Assembly (NCBI GenBank): GCA_965237415.1 | Contig: CBDEFM010000002.1 | Location: 1,472,001-1,536,000 of the forward strand | Length of the DNA stretch: 64,000 nucleotides | Origin: Alphaproteobacteria bacterium | Lineage (GTDB): Bacteria > Pseudomonadota > Alphaproteobacteria > UBA828 | Direction of reading: 5' to 3' | Shown here: positions 58,912-64,000 of the stretch, piece after piece | How the letters are laid out: each line of letters opens with the position of its first letter | How positions within the stretch are numbered: position 1 is the stretch's first letter | The notes under the pieces: model-generated | The model's input: the letters and a program-made list of their open reading frames with translations, nothing else | Databases searched by the model: none | Told to the model about the DNA's origin: nothing | Made by a program: the position numbers and the translations under genes

Positions 58912-59981
58912 TGGCTTTGCGCCCCCGCGACGACGTCTTGACGGCCCTCTCGCCGGTGGCGGGCCCGAGCCTGCTGATTGTCGTCATCGTGGCTATCTTG
59001 GCCGGGATCGGCGATGCCGGTCTCAACCGAATCGCCACGCTCGGTCTGGTTAACCTCATTCTGGTGGTGGGTCTGTACATCTTCGTGGGCAATTCGGGCA
59101 TTTTGTCCTTCGGGCAGATGAGCTTCATGGCGGTGGGCGCCTATATCTCGGGCGCGTTGACCATCCCGCTGGCCATGCGGAACGTGCTGCTTCCCAACCT
59201 GCCGGGGCCTCTCGGGACCGAGCTGCTGCCCACCGTGCTCGCCATCGTCCTGGGCGCCGCGGTGGCGGCGGTGGTCGCGTTCATCGTTGCGGTTCCGCTT
59301 ATGCAGCTTTCCGGGCTCGCTGCCGGCATCGCCTCGCTGGCGGTGCTGCAGATCACCTATGTCGTCGCCAGCAATTGGAACGACGTGACCGGCGGGGCGG
59401 CCTCGATGCCAGGTGTGCCGCGCACGACCGGTCTCTGGTCGACGCTGTTCTGGGCGCTGGCGGCCATCGCCGTCGCCTACCTCTTCCAGATATCGCGCTT
59501 CGGGCTGAGGCTCAGGGCCGCGCGGGAAGACCGCGGCGCGGCCGCGTCGATCGGCGTCAATGTGGTCTGGCACCGGGTCTTCGCCTTTTGCCTCAGCGCC
59601 TTCGTCGTCGGCGCGGGCGGCGGTCTGCACATTCACTTTCTGGGGATCGGCAGTCCGGAGAGCTTCTATCTCGGGATCACGTTCATGACGCTCGCCATGC
59701 TCGTGGTGGGCGGCATGAACAGCCTGTGGGGAGCGGTCCTCGGGACGCTCGTCGTCACGACGATCGGGGAGCTCCTGCTCCGCATCGAACTCGCGAGCGG
59801 CGTTCTCAACCTCCGCGAGGTGGGGCTTGCGCTCGTCATGCTGGCGATCCTGATTCTCAGGCCGCGCGGCATCACGGGCGGGCTGGAGCTAGAATGGTAC
59901 CGGGTGAGAGAGTGGGCAGGGTGGCGTCTCGTGAGAGGGCTGCCGGCCGGGTCTCACCCCTCAAAGCCGGGGAAGCGCTGA
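58911..59981 (+). CDS. Liv-type ABC permease (LivM-like)
   Basis: TGATG overlap; GNSGILSFGQ, SRFGLRLRAARED, VVGGMNSLWGA, LRPRGITG. Confidence 0.92.
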   Translation: MALRPRDDVLTALSPVAGPSLLIVVIVAILAGIGDAGLNRIATLGLVNLILVVGLYIFVGNSGILSFGQMSFMAVGAYISGALTIPLAMRNVLLPNLPGPLGTELLPTVLAIVLGAAVAAVVAFIVAVPLMQLSGLAAGIASLAVLQITYVVASNWNDVTGGAASMPGVPRTTGLWSTLFWALAAIAVAYLFQISRFGLRLRAAREDRGAAASIGVNVVWHRVFAFCLSAFVVGAGGGLHIHFLGIGSPESFYLGITFMTLAMLVVGGMNSLWGAVLGTLVVTTIGELLLRIELASGVLNLREVGLALVMLAILILRPRGITGGLELEWYRVREWAGWRLVRGLPAGSHPSKPGKR

Positions 59982-62044
59982 TGAGCACGCGACATCGAGT
60001 GGCCGTGGACGTAGGCGGAACCTTCACTGATCTCGTGGCGGTCGCCGCCGACGGGAATTTTCGATTCACGAAGGTGCCGACCACCTATCCCGACTACCAG
60101 CGAGGCGTAATCGATGCCGTGCGGGCGGCCGATGTCCCCTTCGAGGATATGGAGATATTCCTCCACGGGCTGACGATCGCGACGAACGCCGTGGTCGCGC
60201 GCACCGGCGCAAGAACGGGCCTCGTCGGCACCAAGGGCTTTCGCGATCTCATCGAGATCAGACGGGCCAACCGTCCCCGCGAGGGCATGTATGACGTATC
60301 CTGGGAGCCGTCGCCGCCGCTGGTGCCGCGCCGGGATCGCCTCACCGTCACCGAGCGTGTCGACTATCTCGGGAACGTGCTGACACCCGTGGACGAGGGC
60401 GAGGCGCGGGCGGTGGGGCGGGCCTTCCGGAAGCGCGGCATCGAATCCATCGCGGTCAGCTTCCTCAACGCCTTCCTGAATCCGGAGAACGAGCGCGAGA
60501 TGGCGCGGATACTTCGGGAAGAATGCCCGGACGCGTCGATCACGCTCTCGTCCGAGCTGATCCCCGTGATTCTCGAGTTCGAGCGTACGTCGACGGCGGT
60601 GGTCAACGCCTATCTGGAGCCGATCGTCCGACGCTACATGGATCAGCTCACCAAGGGCTTCCATGACGAGCGCTACGCCGGCGAGATTCTCGTCATGCAA
60701 TCCTCGGGCGGAGTCACCACGCCCGAGGGCGCCGGGCGCAACGCGGCGCGGACGATCATGTCCGGCCCGGCTGCCGGTGTCATTGCCGCCAAGGCGCTGG
60801 GCGAGTTCGCCGGCGTCCGCAACCTCATCAGTCTCGACATGGGCGGCACGAGTGCGGACATCGCGACGATCTTCGAGGGAGAGATCCGCACGACCGAGGA
60901 GTCGAAAATCGATTTCGGCATACCCGTGGTCTTTCCGTCGATCGATCTGATCACCATCGGTGCAGGTGGTGGCACCATCGCCTGGATCGACGAGGGCGGT
61001 GTGCTGAAGAGCGGGCCTGCCAGCGCAGGCTCGGCGCCCGGGCCGGCCTGCTACGGCGCGGGAGGGACCGAGGCGACGAACACCGACGCCAACATGGTCC
61101 TCGGTGCGCTCAGTCCGGAGGGGCTGGCCGGCGGCGCCATGAAGCTCAAGCCGGAACTCGCGCACGAGTCCGTAAAGCGGATCGCCGACCGCCTCGGCAT
61201 GGATGTCACCAAGGCTGCAAATGGTATCATCACGGTCTCCAACGCCAACATGGTCCAGGCCATGCGTCAGGTGACCACCGAGCGGGGCTATGATCCGCGC
61301 GAGTTCGCGTTGGTCGCATTCGGCGGCGCGGGACCGCTGCACTGCGCCGAGCTCGCCTTGCAGATGAGCATTCCCAAGGTCATCGTGCCACCGAATCCGG
61401 GGCTCACCTCGGCGCTCGGCCTGCTCTTTGCGGATGTTCGCTACGACTTCTCGCGAACGCGAATCCGCCGCGCCGATCAGTTGGATTGCGCCGAGATCGA
61501 AGCGGAATTCGCGGACCTGGAGACGACGGCGTGCGACATGCTGCGCGCATCGGGATTTGGCGAGGAGCGCATCCATCTGCAGCGGATCGCGAACTTCAAG
61601 TATTACGGCGGCTTCGAGGCAGTGTCGCTTTCCATCGTGATCGAGGGCCGGCCCTTCGATGAGGCCGCTCTCGATGCGGCGCTTGCCCGCTTCTCCTCGG
61701 AGCACGTGCGGGAATACAACTACGTGCTCGACGAGGTTCCGGTGGAACTGCAGCTCATCCGCCTTGTCGCCTACGGCCTGATCGACCGGCCTTCGCTGAG
61801 GCAGAGCGACAAGGAGGGGTCTGCCGCCGCGGCGGAGACCGGCAGGCGGGATGTCTTCTTCGAAGAGGAGGGCAGCTTTGTTCCGACGACGGTGTATGAC
61901 CGCGACAGGCTCCTGCCGGGAGCTCGGCTCGTGGGGCCTGCGATCGTCGAGCAGATGGATTCGACCGTGCTGATCAGGCCCGGCATGAGCGCGGACGTCG
62001 ACCGCTTCTTCAACCTCATCCTCGAGACAGGCGCAGCCCGCTAG
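59981..62044 (+). CDS. Hydantoinase A / oxoprolinase family protein
   Basis: VDVGGTFTD, EFERTSTAVVNAY, SGPAAG, DMGGTSAD, IGAGGG, FGGAGPLH, GPAIVEQMDST. Confidence 0.94.
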   Translation: MSTRHRVAVDVGGTFTDLVAVAADGNFRFTKVPTTYPDYQRGVIDAVRAADVPFEDMEIFLHGLTIATNAVVARTGARTGLVGTKGFRDLIEIRRANRPREGMYDVSWEPSPPLVPRRDRLTVTERVDYLGNVLTPVDEGEARAVGRAFRKRGIESIAVSFLNAFLNPENEREMARILREECPDASITLSSELIPVILEFERTSTAVVNAYLEPIVRRYMDQLTKGFHDERYAGEILVMQSSGGVTTPEGAGRNAARTIMSGPAAGVIAAKALGEFAGVRNLISLDMGGTSADIATIFEGEIRTTEESKIDFGIPVVFPSIDLITIGAGGGTIAWIDEGGVLKSGPASAGSAPGPACYGAGGTEATNTDANMVLGALSPEGLAGGAMKLKPELAHESVKRIADRLGMDVTKAANGIITVSNANMVQAMRQVTTERGYDPREFALVAFGGAGPLHCAELALQMSIPKVIVPPNPGLTSALGLLFADVRYDFSRTRIRRADQLDCAEIEAEFADLETTACDMLRASGFGEERIHLQRIANFKYYGGFEAVSLSIVIEGRPFDEAALDAALARFSSEHVREYNYVLDEVPVELQLIRLVAYGLIDRPSLRQSDKEGSAAAAETGRRDVFFEEEGSFVPTTVYDRDRLLPGARLVGPAIVEQMDSTVLIRPGMSADVDRFFNLILETGAAR

Positions 62045-62153
62045 GAGCCTGCGCCGCAGAACGCTTTTGGGCACCTTCAGACACCATAGGTAGTAGTAAA
62101 GAATGATCTGATACCACTACATATAGTAGGCAATTTTCCTACGGCGCAGGCTC
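62045..62153. mobile_element. 109-bp MITE with 12-bp perfect TIRs and CTAG on both sides
   Basis: CTAG|GAGCCTGCGCCG ... CGGCGCAGGCTC|CTAG. The left CTAG contains the hydantoinase A stop codon; the interior is AT-rich. Confidence 0.8.
62081..62129. promoter_or_regulatory. Tandem NrdR-box-like sites inside the MITE
   Basis: ACACCATAGGTAGTAG (62081-62096) and CCACTACATATAGTAG (62114-62129), 33 bp apart; consensus acaCwAtATaTwGtg. Confidence 0.6.
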
Positions 62154-62187
62154 CTAGGGCGCCCCAACCCCGTCAGGGAGAACTGAG

Positions 62188-64000
62188 ATGCAGGAGAAAA
62201 TCCAGTTCACGGAGGAGACCGTCGCAGCCGGCGTCGATCAAATCACGTTCGAGGTAATTCGTGGCGCCCTGCAGGCGGTGTGCAACGAGGCGGGCATCGT
62301 CCTTGCGAAGGGCGCCATGTCGATGGTCATCAATCAAGGGCGGGACTTCAGCGCTGCGGTGCTCACGCCGGACGGCGGTCTCGTGATGCAGGGCGAGGAG
62401 GACTTCCCCTGTTTCATCACCATGATGTCGCCGTCGACCAAGGCGATTGTCAAGGAATGCCCGAAGCAGGATATGCGTCCCGGCGACGTCTATATCTGCA
62501 ACGACCCCTACCGCGGCGGCACGCACAAGCCGGATGTCCGGATGCTTCGGCCCGTGTTCTGGGAAGACGAGATCGTGGCCTTCGTCAGCAACTCGGGCCA
62601 TTGGCCGGACGTGGGAGGGCAGACACCGGGGAGCTTCCCGGTGGATGCCTGCGATGCGATCGCCGAGGGCCTCTGCATCCCGCCGGTGAAGATCGCCTCC
62701 GACGATGCCATCGTCGACGACGTCGAGAAGCTTATTCTGGCCAATCTGCGTCTGCCGATGTCGTCGCGGGGCGACATCCGGGCGATGATTTCCTCGCTGC
62801 AGACCGGCGAGAAGCGGCTGCACGAGCTGTACGGCCGCTACGGCAAGCAAACCGTCGCCGCCGTCATGCGGGAGTACATTCGCTATTCGGAGCGGTTGCT
62901 GCGCTCCGCCATTCGCGCGTTGCCCGAGGGCAGCTTCACCTGGGCCGACTATATCGATGAGGACCCCGGCGTCGACGATGCCGACAAGAAGATGATCAAG
63001 GTGCAGCTCACCATCACGATCGAGAACGGCCGGCTGATCTACGACTTCAGCGAGTCGGACCCGCAGACCGCGGGCGGCGTCAACGCGCCCATTTCGATGA
63101 CGATGTCGGCATGCTTCATCGCCACCAAGGCAATGTTCCCCGAGATTCCGGTCAATGAAGGCGTCTACGACGCGATCGACATCATCGCGCCGGAGGGCAG
63201 CGTCGTGAATTGCCGCTACCCGGCGCCGGTCGTGGGCTGCCAGTCGGGGGCTTACCAGAAGATCGTGAACTGCGTGTTCGGGTGCTTCTCCCAGGTGACG
63301 CCGGAGCGGGTCATCGCCTCCTCCCCCAGCCTGATCAATGTCGTGCTTGGCGGTGTCGATACCAGGGAGAGCTCGCCGCTCAAGGGCACGCCCTACGTGT
63401 TCTATTGCTGGACCGAGGGCGGTTACGGCGCGCGCGCCGCACGCGACAACAAGACCTTCATTGCGCTCTATGCCTCGGGCACGCGCAACCAGCCGGTCGA
63501 GATGTTCGAGCAGCAATTCCCGATCACATGGGAAAAATACGAGCTCGCCGCGGATTCGGGCGGGCCGGGCAAATATCGGGGCGGTCTGGGTGTCGAACGC
63601 GTCATCCACATGGATGGCGAGATCGGCACGGCCTCCGTCATGGGCGATGGCGAGCTCAATGCAGGCTGGGGGCTCTTCGGCGGTAAGGCCGGCCACGGCC
63701 AGAGGCTGGTACGCAACATGGGAAGCGCCGAGGAGTTCAATATCGGGATGTTCCGGTCAGGTGCCAAGGTCCGGCAGGGCGACAAGATCGACCTGTGGTC
63801 CGGCGGCGGTGGCGGCTACGGCGATCCGCTGGAACGAGACCCCGCCGCCGTCATGGAGGACGTGAAGGACGGCTATGTGAGCATCGATGGTGCGCTTCGG
63901 GACTACGGCGTTGTCGTCCGCGAAATCGACTGGGAGGCGCTCGAGTACGAGCTCGACCTCGATGCGACGCGCACGGCCCGCCGGGATATGAGAGCGGCGG
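62188..64000 (+). CDS. Hydantoinase B / oxoprolinase family protein (runs off the window end; not in the ORF track)
   Basis: RBS GGAG and ATG 62188; DQITFEVIRGAL, RDFSAA, PGDVYICNDPYRGGTHKPD, HWPDVGG, DSGGPGKYRGGLG, GGGGGYGDPLERDP. Confidence 0.94.
   Translation, partial: MQEKIQFTEETVAAGVDQITFEVIRGALQAVCNEAGIVLAKGAMSMVINQGRDFSAAVLTPDGGLVMQGEEDFPCFITMMSPSTKAIVKECPKQDMRPGDVYICNDPYRGGTHKPDVRMLRPVFWEDEIVAFVSNSGHWPDVGGQTPGSFPVDACDAIAEGLCIPPVKIASDDAIVDDVEKLILANLRLPMSSRGDIRAMISSLQTGEKRLHELYGRYGKQTVAAVMREYIRYSERLLRSAIRALPEGSFTWADYIDEDPGVDDADKKMIKVQLTITIENGRLIYDFSESDPQTAGGVNAPISMTMSACFIATKAMFPEIPVNEGVYDAIDIIAPEGSVVNCRYPAPVVGCQSGAYQKIVNCVFGCFSQVTPERVIASSPSLINVVLGGVDTRESSPLKGTPYVFYCWTEGGYGARAARDNKTFIALYASGTRNQPVEMFEQQFPITWEKYELAADSGGPGKYRGGLGVERVIHMDGEIGTASVMGDGELNAGWGLFGGKAGHGQRLVRNMGSAEEFNIGMFRSGAKVRQGDKIDLWSGGGGGYGDPLERDPAAVMEDVKDGYVSIDGALRDYGVVVREIDWEALEYELDLDATRTARRDMRAA

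Noticed and set aside
1395-63865. Many long antisense or alternate-frame ORFs (e.g. 1840-3204 +, 6003-8048 -, 25751-27820 -, 29598-31346 -, 59954-62074 -)
   Set aside because: Shadow ORFs of high-GC coding genes; they overlap well-supported genes and contain no recognisable motifs.

Overview
GC-rich alphaproteobacterial chromosome segment, Rhodospirillales-like. The Calx-beta/autotransporter and RHH gene types suggest a host-associated lineage such as a sponge symbiont (inference). Bases 1-35300 are mostly core and metabolic genes: the secA 3' end, yqgE, a HAD, infA, a two-ATPase carbohydrate ABC cluster, modABC, pstS, GST, a DMFase-like large subunit, a mesaconyl-CoA transferase, an RND pump, argE, a FadB/J-like gene, rlmN, def, COQ9 and hemW-rdgB-rph. 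Bases 35400-64000 are accessory: a Liv-type ABC system with a cupin and kynU, an eroded MOB-F conjugative element with cargo, and a second Liv-type ABC system with hydantoinase A/B. Several deletion scars point to ongoing erosion. Most notable non-obvious signals: (1) a stand-alone Mu gp27/DUF3486-like gene bracketed by copies of a palindromic motif and followed by a roughly 10-bp-phased TCCC array, with a gene-less inverted copy of the non-coding module 22 kb away; (2) seven head-to-tail DnaA-box-like 9-mers at mostly 11-bp phase in a 114-bp intergenic gap; (3) a 109-bp CTAG-flanked MITE carrying a tandem NrdR-box-like pair; (4) an R388-like oriT/nic candidate; (5) an internally deleted mini-PhoB after an orphan pstS. 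No rRNA, tRNA or CRISPR array was recognised. All family calls come from motif recognition by eye, not from database searches.
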